From the NCBI GenBank assembly GCA_028534125.1, contig CM052817.1, forward strand, positions 32,366,001 to 32,430,000: a DNA stretch of 64,000 nt. Reading direction: 5' to 3'. The stretch is from Lama glama (Eukaryota). Within the stretch, counting starts at the first letter, position 1, and the number at the start of each line of letters is the position of its first letter. This document shows, one piece after another, positions 49,509 to 63,109 of this stretch. A program made the position numbers and the translations under genes. Below the pieces are notes generated by a model. That model was not told the DNA's origin. It did not search any database and saw only the letters and a program-made list of their open reading frames with translations.

Positions 49509-49889
49509 GCCATCACTAGTCTATAAGAGCTCTTTAAAAATTAAAAGTTGTAACCCCCCTTTTTCCCCATTCCATATGTTGGGATTTTCCTTCTGGATTT
49601 TAATTTTGTTTTGTTTTATTTTTATTTAGTAGGCTTTTTAGCTATACAGAAATTTTGGATTAAAATGTTTATTCTGTCAAAGCCAGTAGTTCTTCTTGTT
49701 TCTGACATTGATATCATACTTTTAAGTCTTTCTCCAACCCCAAATTTTCAGTCCTTTTTTATCATACACTGAATTCTTACATATTCTTGAGCTTTATATT
49801 TTGATCTATGTATGTGTTATTTAATTCTAGATTAAGTATAATTTAATAATTGTAGCTATTTAACATATAGAAGGCAAATGATATGATAA

Positions 49890-50392
49890 ACATTGCTTGT
49901 AGTCCTTCCAAACCCATTCTCTCCTTCTTTTATACTAAGAACACCCTAAGTTTTTCAGGTGAGTACCTGCTGCCAAGAATAATGACTACAGCTCCAAACT
50001 CTCCTGCAAGTTAAGTGTGGCTGTATGACTGATATCTGGCCAATGGATTTGAAGTAGAAGTGATGTGTTCAACTTCTGGGAAGAGTTCTGAAGGAAAGGA
50101 ACACACCTTTCTCCTGTGCTCTTCCCTTCTTCTCCTGCAGACATCACTGTTGGAGCTTGAGCCGCCATCTCGGACCAGAGGTGGAAGCCATGTGCTGGGA
50201 ACGGCGGAGTAACAAGATGAAAAGAGCCGAGTTCCCAGTTTCAAGAAGAGCTAGTTCAGCCCTACACCTCTTACCCATGGGCTGTGCTTACTTGAGAGAG
50301 AAAAAGGCTTTAATTTTGCTTTTGCCTGTCTTATTTTGGGATTGTCTATTACTCAGAACTCAACTGAATCCTGACCGATACAAACTTATGAA
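49890..50392 (+). mobile_element. MaLR solo LTR (MLT1I/J-like)
   Basis: tggccaatggatttgaagtagaagtgatgtg..caacttctggg...gccgccatctcggacca...atcctgaccgataca. Confidence 0.8.
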
Positions 50393-51019
50393 TTATTTTG
50401 ACAAAAATCAATCCCATTGAGATTTCAATGGAAATTACATTACATTTATATATTAATTTAATGAGAATTGACTTCTTAATAATATGGTTTTCCTATCCAG
50501 GAATATGCTCTGTGCTTTCATTTGTTCATTTCTTCTTCTATCTTATTCTAAGCATTAAAAAAACCCAAAGATGACTTTTTTTTATTTTCCACATTGTGTG
50601 TTTTAAGCAACTATTATTCCTTGAATTACAAAATGAAAATAAAACCAAATAAAGTGTTAGAGAACAATGCAGAAATGTAAGCCCAGGGTGAGCCCAAATC
50701 AAGGAAAAGAATCCCTCTTTAAGTGTAACTTTTTTACTTATTTGAAAATTTCATGAAATTCCGCCCTCTGTATATGATTCCCATAAAGCAAGCTGATGGC
50801 TGTTGAACACTCCAGTGTTCCTCAGAGCAGCCCTTTTAAGCATAATTGCTTACCAGAAGTGCTGGGAAATTCATCTGTGCTGCGTGATTCTATTCAGGTG
50901 TTTTATTTCTTAATAGGATCTCATCCATGTTACCTACAAGCGGTGTGTGATTTTTTGGAGCAGTGCAGACAGAGGATTGAATGCATAAGGTTTCACTAAC
51001 TATCAGGCTTCACAGCTAA

Positions 51020-51265
51020 GAAGACAGTTTGGTACTTGTATTCAGAGGGGCTGGGTTTGAGACTTGGAGTGAGTAAGTTCCTAATAGATATAAGACTGTG
51101 AACAGGTCACTTACCATCTTGGAGCCCCAGTTTTCTCATGCGTAACTTGGCAATGGTAAAAGAAAATACTTGCTTAAACTTCTTTACAATTTTGCTATAA
51201 AAGCCAATGAGAGCACGGATATGAAAATGCTTTATAAATGCTAAAGTCTATGTAAGTGTTAATAA
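51020..51265 (+). mobile_element. MIR SINE
   Basis: caggtcacttaccatcttggagccccagttttctcat. Confidence 0.65.
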
Positions 51266-51549
51266 TGGGTTGGTCTTTTGTAATCACAAAATAGCATATT
51301 TCTCATTATCTTCAGTCATGGTTTTTTATTTCTTTAAGTACAAAGATCTTTCTTTAGATGAAAAATGTACATGAACCCTTTACACATGGTGGTATTTTTA
51401 TTATCACCTGTTTGAGGAAGTAAATGGGATACATGTCATCAATACATTAGTAACAGTTGTGAATGAATATTTTTCAATCACAATAGCACTCAAAATAGTA
51501 GAAGTTATATGAGTAATTCATATTACCTGTTCAGTCTACAGATAGTGCT

Positions 51550-52020
51550 GCTAAGGATTCTTTAAGCTGCAAGTAACAGAAAACTTAAAACACATTGGCT
51601 TAAATATAAAGAGATACAATATCTCATTAATAATATGTACGGAAGTGAGAAGGGATTCAGGTTTGGGTGATTCATGTGCTCAACGATATCAGGAAACAGA
51701 TTCTTTCCATCTCTCCTCTGTGCTGGCTTCCTCCTCTATCAGGTGGCAAGATGGCTACAGCAGCTCCAGCACTCACCTCCAGACATGTCAATGTCCCAGG
51801 AAAAAGAAAGACAATGTATTTTTAACATTCTGTTTTAAAAGAAAGAGTCTTTCCCCAGAATCCCACTCCTGATCATATCTTAATTGACAGACATAATTTG
51901 TGTGTCTATTTCTGAAATCACTGTAAATTTTGAATGAGACTTTTCTTTTTTAATCAGTCTAGATCATCCTTGGAGCTGCAGGTGCCTCACGAGGCAGTAA
52001 CTTTCTTGGGAGAAGTGGAT
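51550..52020 (-). mobile_element. MaLR LTR (MLT1J/K-like)
   Basis: gctgcaagtaacagaaaac...tggcttaaa...ttctttccatctctc...gcaagatggct. Confidence 0.7.
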
Positions 52021-52047
52021 TGGTGTTTGTTTAGTGTAGCAGAGCTG

Positions 52048-52506
52048 GTTGGTACCTGCCCGCATCTTGTTAGGCACCATTTCTGATGTACGTTGGTGAC
52101 TTTCTAGGGCAAGTGTCTCTTATTCTCTCTCTGGGATTTTGTTTCTCTGAGGGATTTCACAGGAACTTTCTTGGCTTGCATGTGGGGCTGACTGAAAAGT
52201 GCTGATGAACTGATATTTCTGCAAGCAGCACTCGGTCAGTGATGGATGAGAATTGACATTGCCCCTTGGTGGGATTACCCTGCGGGATGTTCCATCCACC
52301 TCCTTTAGGTCCCCAGGGGTACTGAACTCCAGTTGCCCACAGTGATAATCTGCTCATCAACACACTCTATATTGACTTCTTTCCCTTCCTGCATCTCTTC
52401 GTCACTCACACACTCCTACCAATGTTTCCTTGAATCCTCTCTCAAACACACTCCTTGTCCCAAATCCTTGCCTCAGGGTCTGCTACTGTGGGAGCTCAAT
52501 CTAAGT
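52048..52506 (+). mobile_element. ERVL solo LTR (LTR16-like)
   Basis: ctccagttgcccacagtgataa...cccaaatccttgcctcagggtctgct...gggagctcaatctaag. Confidence 0.75.
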
Positions 52507-55127
52507 TGGTAAGAACAAAGAAGGAGGAAAAGATTCTGTGTAGGGAGCTAACTGTCCACTACAGGCACACAGAGAGCCCGAAATCACTTATAAATCCCCC
52601 AGGTTCCATATTTATTGGTCTCCAACTATAGTCTCCGAAATGACCCCCAAACTAAGACTGAGACTCACTATTCCCAAGAATACATATAAATCTGAAAACT
52701 TGTGACAAAATGCAGAACAGTAGACCTTCTGGAACCTTGATGGCCATCATTAGTAGGTATAAAGTCTTCTCAATGAGCCTCTGAGACTTTATTAGCCAGA
52801 ATGCTTCAGAATGAAATGTCTTGAATATAGATTTGCTTCCCAGGGTATCTGTCTTTCCCTCTCTGGTCTGTATTTCTTGAGGTTTTAGGTTATTTGAGAT
52901 TTGGATTATTTAACTGAATCTGCTTCATAGGGATTTGGGGATTGTTATTATGTGTAGAATGATACTTCAAAAAAAGAATTTTATTTCTTCAAATAAAGTC
53001 TTTGGCTCATTGGTTTATGATATTCCTGGAGTGTTCACTTTAAAATATAAAGGTCAAAAGGGATATAACTACTACATGGATAGAAAAATGGAGAGCTTGA
53101 GATTCTTCAACTAAAATTGGAAACCAAAACTTTATCACTCATCTTTCCACAGATGCCATGTGTCTGGAAACTTGGACATCTGGGATGTGGGCGTCTCAGT
53201 CTTCCTTCAGCTTCCTACTGGAAACTGAGGAGTTTTCTTGACAGCAGTAATAAATCAAACCTCCACAGGAAGCAAAGAGATAATTGAAGTAAATGTGAAT
53301 AAACTGTGAAATGTCCTCCCTAAGATTATTATAGCCTCTTCCTCAGCTGTAATACTCCTTTCAAATGTGGAAGTTTTAATTTGCTCCCAGTGTTCACCAG
53401 TCTAAGTTAACTTAGAGAACCTATTCCACAAACCCTAGGTACCCTAACTTGTCTCAGGCTATTACAAATCCATGGTACTTTTTGACTTTTTGAATCGAAA
53501 TTTTTGACCTGCTTTACTATAAATATCTTTCAACAGCTATAACAAGCATTCTAAAGGGGTCTACTATAGTTTGAAGACAATAAATGAGGACTCTAAGAAT
53601 TTCACAGTGACAAACTGAATGGCAGGCGTATTGAAAACAGACAGAGCTGTTGAGCCATGGACTTTTTCCACAGGAGGACTCTGAGGTCACTGTTTTCAGT
53701 GGCATCGTATTCATAACCAATTTCTGTTCAGTTGCATGCTTCTGATGTATTTTAATCTAATTTTGTTGCTAACAGTAAAACACTGGCCTGGCTATATTTG
53801 AAGTCAGTAATTTAAAAATATTTTAGAATGATTGCATTATATTTTGAAACAAAATTAATTAAAACCTATTTTATGACTTTTCTCCAAATTTTAGAAGCGG
53901 CAACTATTTCACGAAGAGGAAAAATTGTTATTGGTGCTTCCATAAGATTATTACTTAGTTTCCATTGTATTCCTCTAGGAAGAACTATAAAAATGGTTGA
54001 TCTTTCTCCTTTTTTTCAAACTGCAATGAGCAACCAGTGCTCCTTCCTTTGTGGCTCTCAGGGCAGTCCTAACCAGTCTCTTGAAGTCGGAATGCCCTTG
54101 AGGAAGCTGAATATTTCCATAAAATCTTGGTTGCTTAACCAATGAAAATGAAAAATTTTCAAAATTAAATGGACAGTGATTTCCTTAGCTGTAGCACACT
54201 TAAGCATGATCAAATGAGAACATAGATTAGAATGTAGTTTTGAAAAATGGCAAATTCGTTATTGTCCACAATTTACACAAATTCATTGTTGTTATTATGA
54301 GCAGACACCTCCATACTGATTAAACAAAATATTATTTCTCAAGTTTGAGGCGCAAACTTTGTTCCACTTGTTGGTTTGAATTCCTGGTTTTGGAGCTTGC
54401 TTGATCTGTTTAAAGATTCCTTAATATTTTTACATAATTTATTGTTTTTACTAAATAAAATCTCCTTTGATTCCACAGCAGTATGCTCCCACAATCTTCC
54501 CAGACTTGTTCCAGCTAAGGGGAACAAATTTGTTATTATTCACACACTCCTACCTCACTTACAAAGATCTCTAGTAGGGGACACTACTGGTTACCTACCT
54601 GGTATCCGTCATCTCTTTCCCTCAAATGCAATTTCAGTTTGGATTAGGCAGCCCCTCTTTCCCTGCACAGCTCAAAAAGCTGACCCTGCCCCTTCCTGTA
54701 ATGGTAAAACCTTATTATTTTAAACCAGTTATAGTAATTCTACTTCTTGCCTGTGACTGGTTCAGGAATTGAGACAATCAATGTTTGTCTTTACTATTAT
54801 TGGTCATTGGGTGTACAGTTAGCCTAAAATTGTGCAATTTGATTATAAGGAAGGAATTTTCCTCTGTGGTTGGAGAAAATGTTTTCTCTCCGACTTGTTG
54901 GATGTGAAGGAGGAAGCATGTTGTCCCATTGCTCTTGGCCCCTGCCTTGTGACTATGAGGGAAGTGAAACTACACACCAGTGGATACAAGGGAAGAGTTA
55001 AGGGACCTCTGGAGCAAAGGGAGCCTGGTTTTCCCACACCTGGGTCTACCCTATCTCTGGAATTTGAGATGGGGCTTCTGTACTTGCAGCCCACAGCATT
55101 CCAACTTATACAGGGATGTACCTCCTA

Positions 55128-55535
55128 GAGAGATCTACAGGCCAATGCAATCTTTATCAAAATCCCAATGATGACTTTTGCAGAAGTAGAAAAACTCACC
55201 TTAGAATTTATATGGAATCTGAAGAGAGCCCAAATAGCCAAAATAATCTTGAAAAATGAAAACAAAGTTAGAGAGCTTAGGAATAAACTCTCACGTATAA
55301 GATCAAATGATTTTTAACAAGGGAGCCAAGACCATTCAGTAGTGAAAAAGAAGTCTTTTCAACAAATGATACAGCAAAAACTGAATCTCCACATGCAAAA
55401 GAATGAAGATGAACCCTTACCTAACACCATATACAAAAATCAATTCAAAATGAATCAAAGACCTAAACATTGGAGTCAAAACTATGAAACTTTTAGAAGA
55501 AAACACAGGGGGGAAACTTCATGACACTGGGTTTG
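55128..55535 (+). mobile_element. Internal L1 ORF2 fragment (degenerate, internally deleted)
   Basis: gatctacag..caatgcaatc..tatcaaaatccca...gccaagaccattca...tcttttcaacaaatga...ttagaagaaaaca. Confidence 0.85.
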
Positions 55536-55989
55536 ACCCTAGGGTCTGACCTAGGAATATCTAATGTACAGTTTTAATTGTTGCTTTTTGCCATACTGTG
55601 TTGTAAACCCCAACTTCTGTTTCCCCAGCTTTTAGTCAAAATGTACAGCAACCCTGAGTTCTTGATTCTTTGCAGGAATAAAGTGGATTGAGTGGTGTTC
55701 AGCATGGTATGAAATAGGCCAGAAAGAGGGGGTGACATTTGTTAAGCTGAATGTTATGGATGGAAAGAAGGCTCACTCTAGACTGGACAGGGGGACGAGA
55801 ATGTCCCCTGCTTCCCCAGCAATTCCCGGCACAGGTTGGAGTCTTTCCCGCAGCACAGGGGATAGGGGTTCCAGCCATTTCATTTGGGTGTTAAATGGTA
55901 ACACCAGAAACCTGGGGAATTTGGAGACACCAGGGTTACAAATGGAATCAAGCTTATTATGTGCATTCAAGCATAAGTTTAAAATATTT

Positions 55990-56112
55990 TTATTTTAACT
56001 TTTTTGGGGGAGGGGTAATTAGGTTTATTTACTTACTGGAGGTACTGGGGATTGAACCCAGGACCTTGTGCACACTAAGCATGGGCTCTACCACTGAGCT
56101 ATACACTCCCCC
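55990..56112 (-). mobile_element. Camelid-type SINE (Vic-1-like)
   Basis: ggtaattaggtttattt...ggaggtactggggattgaacccaggacct...ctctaccactgagctata, with a TSD-like taaa(c)atatttt. Confidence 0.92.
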
Positions 56113-57199
56113 TAAACATATTTTTGTGGCTTTGCTGGAGTCATTCTTTTTGTCTTAGTCCTTTGACATTTTCTTCCCCAGCAGATAAACTTCTGTGGAA
56201 AAGATGTTTAAATTGATAATTTACTACAGTCACACACTAAGGTTTCAGCCATATGCGGCTTATCATAGGAAGCACAAACGATCAAAGTCAAATGAAACAT
56301 TTTTGTATTTAGCGTGTTCAACAGAGCTGTCTTGTTATAACTTTCTTTTCACTAACAATGGAGAGGAAAGTACACTGACGTCAGCTGTGGACATTGCCAA
56401 AGCAGACATTTGCTTTCTGTTAGCCTCAGTCCTCCCCTGCTAGGCTTACCGCCTCTCGTGATGGGCTGCCAGGGCTGCGTCTGCTTTATGTACGGCTCCC
56501 CGAGATAAGATGGGGGAATCTCCTGTTCAGAGCTCGGCTGTCCCATCGGAGCTGTTTCTCTTCCTCTTCTTGTGGAACATCTGGAAGCCTCAGTCAGCAT
56601 GTTGAGCCTGTCCCATCCTGAGATACATATTTTAGGCATGGCAGTGTGGCTAACATGTGCTACGCCAGCAGGGCTGTTTACGATGTCTATGTTTTGGGAG
56701 AAACAGTTGGTGCATTCATCTCCAGATGCAGCAGATCTGTGCTCAGGCGAGAAAATAATGCCCGTCAGTGGAGGCAAGGGAGGAAGGGGATGTAGCTCAC
56801 GTCCCTGTTCACTCTTATGGAGTGGTGAATGGTCCAGGGATACCTCTTTGGGTCATCTCAGGAGAGTGTCCCAAATATCCAGTCAAGGATGGAACCTGGC
56901 AATCCCGTTGGTGCAGACTTTGAGGCAAGGTGAATGGAATTTAATCTGGATTGGAGAAATTGACCACCATAAAATGGTTACAACGGTGCTAAGTATTTGA
57001 GAGATCAATAGGCCTCTTGGTATAGGAAGAAGGAGTAATTGTGCAGTAACCTCTGGGAAGACAGAAGGACCCATCGCTAAGAAAGTCCTAGGTCACTTGC
57101 TTCACTCATGCACGTACACGCACGTGCACCACGTGAGTGTATGTGTGTGTGCATGTGTGTGGGGGTTGCAAGTTCTTGGGACCTATTCCCTCTCCTGTT

Positions 57200-57695
57200 T
57201 TTTCTTTCTTGAGTTAAAATTCACATAACCTTAAGTTAACCATTTAAATGTGTACAGCTCAGTGGCATTTAGTATATTCACAATGTTGTGCAACTGCCAC
57301 CTCTGTCTAGTTCCAAAATATTTTACAACCTGAAAGGAAACCATTAAGCAGTCTCTCCCACGTCCCCCTCCCTCCAAACCCCTGACAACTGCAAATCTGC
57401 TTTCTGTCTCCAAGTCTTTATCTAGTTTGGATATGTCCTGTAAATGGAATCTTACAGTATGTGACTTTTTGTGTCTCATTTCTTTTGTTTAGTACAGTAT
57501 TTTTGAGGCTCATCCATGTTATAGTATGTATTAGTATTTAATTCCTTTTTATGGCTAAATAATACTCCTTTGTGTAGCCATGCCACATTTTGTTTATCCA
57601 TTCATTGGTGGATGGATATTTGGGTACATTTCACCTTTTGGCTATTTTTTAACAGTGCTGCTATGAACATTTGTGTACAAATTTTTATCTGAATT
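57200..57695 (-). mobile_element. L1MB-like 3' end
   Basis: aaattcacataac...cagtggcatttagtatattcacaatgttgtgcaac...tgctgctatgaacatttgtgtacaa. Confidence 0.9.
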
Positions 57696-59024
57696 TCCTC
57701 CTCATTTTGTAGTATGCTTTTCTCAGTGTGCCAGAGAGAACAAAAATTATAAATGTTAAATGAAACATGATCACACATGAAATCAGTCATGGAAATTGTT
57801 ATAGTTCTATTTATTCTATGACCACTGGTATAGAAATCACAAAATATTCATTGCCACAAACTAAAGATAAAGATAAACAATATCTACATAAGTTCGAGCT
57901 AGACAAGTGCTGAAAAAAGGTAATAGAAAATCAAAAATTTTATACTCTAACTGATACGGAAGTGTCTTTAAATTTCTGTTCCTCTTTTAAAAAATGATGT
58001 TGGGACTAGCAGGCAGTATGTTCCATTGTATGTATGGCTGAGATCAGAAAAAAATATATATGTATTTATTTATTTTGAATATACAATATATATTGTATAG
58101 TACAGGTTAAATGGTACATTTATATATTTTTAAGTGAAAGTACAGTGTTTTAAGATTTAGAAAAAATATAAGATTAGGAAAAAAGCTAAGCCATTAAGTT
58201 GTACCTTCCTCTCTTTCTTTCCCAGTTATAGATGGATTGATTTAAGATTTGATTCTCTAACAGGATTGTACGGAGGAGGGAAGAGAGATAAAAATGGAAA
58301 AAATGGAAATGTAAGTGTAGAATCAGAGGGAAGTGACTACTCTGGTGTGTCCAGGAGCCACAAGACAGGAAGATGAATTTCCAGTTCCTTGTATGTGGGC
58401 GTCTCAGCTAACAGCCTGTACTGAATGCAAGCTACCAATGTATGCCATTGAAGAAATGGGATTCTCTGTGCCCTTTGGCCTCTCCCAGCCAGTCCTATGT
58501 CTTACTCCAAAAAGTTTATCATCTTAGTGACACTTGTTAGAAAAGATGAGACATCTGGCAAAATGGTAAGACATTTAATTCTAGAGCAGAATTGAGGGGA
58601 AATTCTTGCCTCCCAGGCCAAACACGATGTCAGCCAAATAAAAATTTTAAATCTAGCCTTTTAGTTGAAAGTCCATAATTTTTCCTTTCCTTAAATCTTT
58701 TTTTTTTTTTGGACAAGCCTCATCTGGGAGTCACCAAAGTCAAAAGATAAACAGCAAGAAGTATTTATTACACCATCTGAAATTCTCAAAACCTGAGAAC
58801 ATCTCTGAACAATAGTAGTGGAAAGATGTGCAAAGGTCACTTCTCTGGATTGGTTAGAATTTTCACTGTCTTGGACAAATGAATGGTTGCTGTCATATGG
58901 TGTGATATTACAGAAAGCATCCCAATTACTGGCTAAGGAAGAGTGCACACAACTTGTTAGAAGCCCAAGGGCTTAAGGGTTTGCTTTCTGACTCGAGGAC
59001 TGAAAAGGCACTGTACATAAGATG

Positions 59025-59027
<3 letters not shown>

Positions 59028-59108
<81 letters not shown>
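59028..59108 (+). repeat. Compound microsatellite, about (TG)19(AG)21
   Basis: An uninterrupted TG run followed directly by an AG run. Confidence 0.97.
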
Positions 59109-59111
<3 letters not shown>

Positions 59112-59239
59112 TTCTTTTGCTGAGACGTGCTCAAAGAAGGGTACAGCAATCCTTTCACAGAATCCTACCCTCTGGACAGCCAGTTGCTCGTGGGTACAAG
59201 GGCCATTGGATTTGCAGTCCTTTGATAGGTGGATCATGG

Positions 59240-59370
59240 AAGCAGCACAGGACCTCCAGTTAGAAGACCTGGCTCAGCATTCTGGCTCTGCCACTTGCAG
59301 CCGAACGACCCTCAACAAGACACTTAAGCACCTCTGGCCTCTTTGCCTCATCTGTAAGAAGGGTGTCTGT
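59240..59370 (+). mobile_element. MIR SINE
   Basis: agttagaagacctgg...tggctctgccacttgc...cctcatctgtaa. Confidence 0.75.
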
Positions 59371-61019
59371 TCTTGATGGTCCTGCTGGCTGTGACAGCTA
59401 CGGCCACTTGTTTTTGTCAAAGCTTTGGCGTAGCTACGGACAGCTGGCTTTAGAGACCAAGTGTATCAACAGCATCCGCACAGTTTAGCACTTCCGTAAG
59501 TCTCGATATTTCTCAGATGCTGGTTGTCCTGTGAAGTCCGCAGTGCTTTCCAGCTGAATGCGTGGGCAGAGAAGAAAAGAGCAGAAAGTCTGCTCAAAAT
59601 ATTGAAAGTGAGAACTGATGGTATGCGGCAACTGCATTTATTGATTTTAGAATATTTCCTCCGTCCTTGGCCAGAGAAGAGCCCGCTCCACTGCTTTCCC
59701 TCTGGCTCGTATTTTAGGCACATTGACCCAGAGTGAAGCCATGAAAAACAGACACTGGTTTTTCTAGCTTCCTGCTGGCTGAGGGGAGTCCAGAGCAGCT
59801 CCTTTTCACAACACATTTCCTTGCACCTACTGACAGAGTCTCCTTCTGCTAATGAAACGGAAGACCACAAACCCAAAGGCCATCTCAGGAACCGGAATGG
59901 AGAGAACTTGGAAAGAGAACCCACGAGGGGTGCTCATGGGCCCTTAAGTCAGGGTCAGCAAGGGAACCAGCAGCATCTGTGACAACACCAGGCTCTCTGA
60001 GGTTGCAGACCCGGGGCTCCCCAGCTGAGGGTGTGACCCTTCTCCAAGGAAAGGCTCAGAAGAGAGAGCTCTGCTAAATGATGGATGGATGGCTGCCTTC
60101 CCAGGATAGCAGTGAACTCAGTCAGAAGGGAGAGACGCTGTTTTTCTTTTCTGAGTACCTGCTGGGTTTGTCTGTGGTGCTTCCAAGTCTCTGGAATTCT
60201 CTTGCCCTTCCTGTTTCACCCTGATTGCCTGTATCTCTCTGCCTGTATCCTTCTCTAAGTTTGGCTCTGGGACAGCACTTGATTTTTACAACTGGAGAAG
60301 AGAATTACTCCATTCTCCTCCCATCTCAGGGGACAAGTCTCACTGAGATGCCTTTGTGAATGGGAGAGATGGCACACAGGCCAAATGCTCTGGTTTCTGG
60401 AGGTGGTTTGCCCTTTGCTTCGCAGCAGAAGCTGCTCTGGAGCCTGTGAGGAGTGTGTCTGGGAGCAGGCAGCCTTGCGGAATGCTTGCAGATAGGAGCT
60501 TTTTGCTTTGGGGGTTTTCTTTCTGTGAGTTACTAGTGTGCCTTGTAGTTTGTGGCTCTTCTACAGTTTTTTTTTATGTTAATAAGAATCATTATACATT
60601 TGTTAAATTAATATTTTAAGATTCAGTGTTTAGCACAGATACCTTAACAATACTGATATTTGAAACAGAAAGATCTAATTAGACTAATTCTCAAGTTTTT
60701 CATATGCCCCAAACTGGCCAATTCTTAATATTTCTTGAACACTCATTTATGGAATCCTTCAAGCTTTTCCTTGGACATACACATTTTTGGAGAAACTTAT
60801 TCACCTATGATTGATTTCAAGCTTAGGTCAAATCCAAGTAACATTTTATTAAATTAATGTTATTTGGGAGTTTTAATATAGGTTTTCATGAATACTCTTT
60901 TGAGTCCTCAGGAAGCTTTGATAGATAAACACTTTACAGGAGCAAAATAGGATATAAAGTTATATCTTGTTTAGAAAAATTCTGCCTGGTAAAACCACCA
61001 TGAGGTCAGAAGATCAAAG

Positions 61020-61935
61020 ACCAACTGTATTTACAACTCATCACAGAGGGTGTCTTTCTTTAGTATAAAGCGTTTTCCTACAAATCAGTACAAGGAAAAC
61101 CAATCACCAATAAAAAATTGGCAAGCCTGTTAACAGATAATTCACAGAAAAAAATTAAAAAACTCATTAAATATGAAAAGATCCAACCTTTACTTATAAC
61201 AAGAGAAACGCCACTTAGAACTGACATGAGTTATTTTATTTTTACTGGATTGGTAATGACAATATTTTTGCTAACAGTGTTGTTTGTGTAAGGGAAACAG
61301 AATTGGATAGTGGGAATATAAATTGATATAATCTCTAACAAGAGTAGATTAGCAATGTCTATAAATAGCAGATAAGTCTTTTGAATCAACAGTTTCCTTT
61401 CCCAGGAATTTACCCTAAGAGATAGTCACACATATGTGAAATAATGTGTACAAGCGGGTTCTTCACAGCATTATTATTTACTAGTGACGGATTGGCAGCA
61501 GTGTAATTGCACAAGTCAAAAATGATTGCAATTTTGGTACATACATACAACTGACTATTATTCAACCATTAAAAATAATGAGGCAGGCATGTTTGTACTG
61601 AAATGGAGAAGTTCCAGGATACATTGTGAAGTATAAAAAGCAAAGTAGAGAAGAATATACTACGTTAAAATAAAGAATGAAATACATAATATATAACTGT
61701 ATATAAACATATGTATCTACTTGACGTATATTCTATTGATGGATAATGATGTGTGTGTGTGCATGTGTATGTGCGCATGCATGCGTGTATGTATTTATAC
61801 ACATATAGATTATTTCTGGGTGGACACGTAAGAAATGAATAATAGAGGAAAGAGAAAATGGTTGAAGGAGGATTGCTTTTCATTATATATTTTTGGTCTA
61901 TGTTAATTTGTTCCTATTTAAAACTATCAATAAAA
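61020..61935 (+). mobile_element. Old L1ME-like 3' region
   Basis: aacagataattcacagaaaaa...ccaggaatttaccctaagaga...tattattcaaccattaaaaataatgag...ccaggatacattgtgaagt. Confidence 0.75.
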
Positions 61936-62714
61936 TTAATTTCAAAAATAATTTTTAAAAGATTAAAATGTTGCCTTCTCTTTCAACATCGTAAAGTTCT
62001 TACATTTGTCTTATGGCTCCTGGAAGCAGGTGCCCCAGTCTCTCAAGCACAATTACTCAGTAAGCTGAATAACTCTTCCTCTGATATGTAGGTCACTCTA
62101 CCTCCATTTTACCTTCTTAAAATAAAAGGTCTTTCAAAACTGATTTAGCCAAGATCCTAGAGTGAATTTGGAAAAATTCCTGAGCTCTTACTTTGCATCT
62201 GTGCCTGATTTTTTGATCCCAGTTCTTCCAGATGGCAATATTTGTCCTTCTTTCAGGCAAAATTCAAGACTCCTTGCTTTCTCTCCTTTTTTCCCTTCAA
62301 TGGAACAATGACCCTGCACTGAATACTGTACAGATGTCTTTACTTCCACTATTTTTAATCATCCCAACAGTCCTATTATAGCTGCATGGAGTGCAAAGAG
62401 TTGCAGTTACTTGCTCAAAATCACATAGCTAATAGGTGGCTTTTCACTATATGGAGAGAAAAACGACAACAGAAACACTGATAGCATGAGAATCATGGAC
62501 TTTTTCCACTTGGAATGGGGCGTAGAATGTTTAATGTAAGGTATCAGCTTGCAGATGTTTGAGAAATTGCTTAGAAATGGCTGGGTTCTAGTGTTTTCAT
62601 TTCTCCTGACAGGGAAGCATATAAAATTGTTTGCTGGTAACAATCTTGTGGAAAATTCATGTGACCTGAAGACATTGAGCAGAGGAGGACCTGAAACTCT
62701 CCTCTGAGCACTGA

Positions 62715-63105
62715 GTCAGTCTGGATTCAATCAGAGAAGCAGACCTACACGCATGTGTATGTGTATGTAGATACCGTAAATACCTCCTATTTGTGTATCA
62801 GAGGTCTCTTCCTGTCTTATGCTTGAGCTGTTTCTGTGTCTGATCATGAGCTTGAAGTTCACAGGGCATGCAGGCTGGGCAGGGGAGATGGACATCAGGT
62901 GGGAGAGAGCAAGGACAAGCTGGAACCCATGCAGACTGACTAGAACTCAAGTTAGTTCTTGTTGTTTCCAGTGTTGCTGATGTGGTATCTTGTAGGAGAA
63001 GCCAGCACCCTGCATCAAGGAGCTAAACACACAACTGGTCCAGGAGGGGAAAAAGCTGAAGGAGGATCCAGGGGAAGGGAGGTCAGTTGCATAGCTGGCT
63101 GCTGC
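62715..63105 (-). mobile_element. ERVL LTR fragment (MLT2E/F-like)
   Basis: tcagtctggattcaatcagagaagcaga...gagcaaggacaagctggaaccca. Confidence 0.6.
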
Positions 63106-63109
63106 CTGA

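Noticed and set aside
53185..58408. Shared 15-mer atgtgggcgtctcag at about 53185 and 58393
   Set aside because: One or two exact 15-mer matches are expected by chance in a 64-kb self-comparison.
58926..59376. ORFs with VCVC, ERER, SLSL and HTHT tracts
   Set aside because: These are translations of the TG/AG microsatellite.
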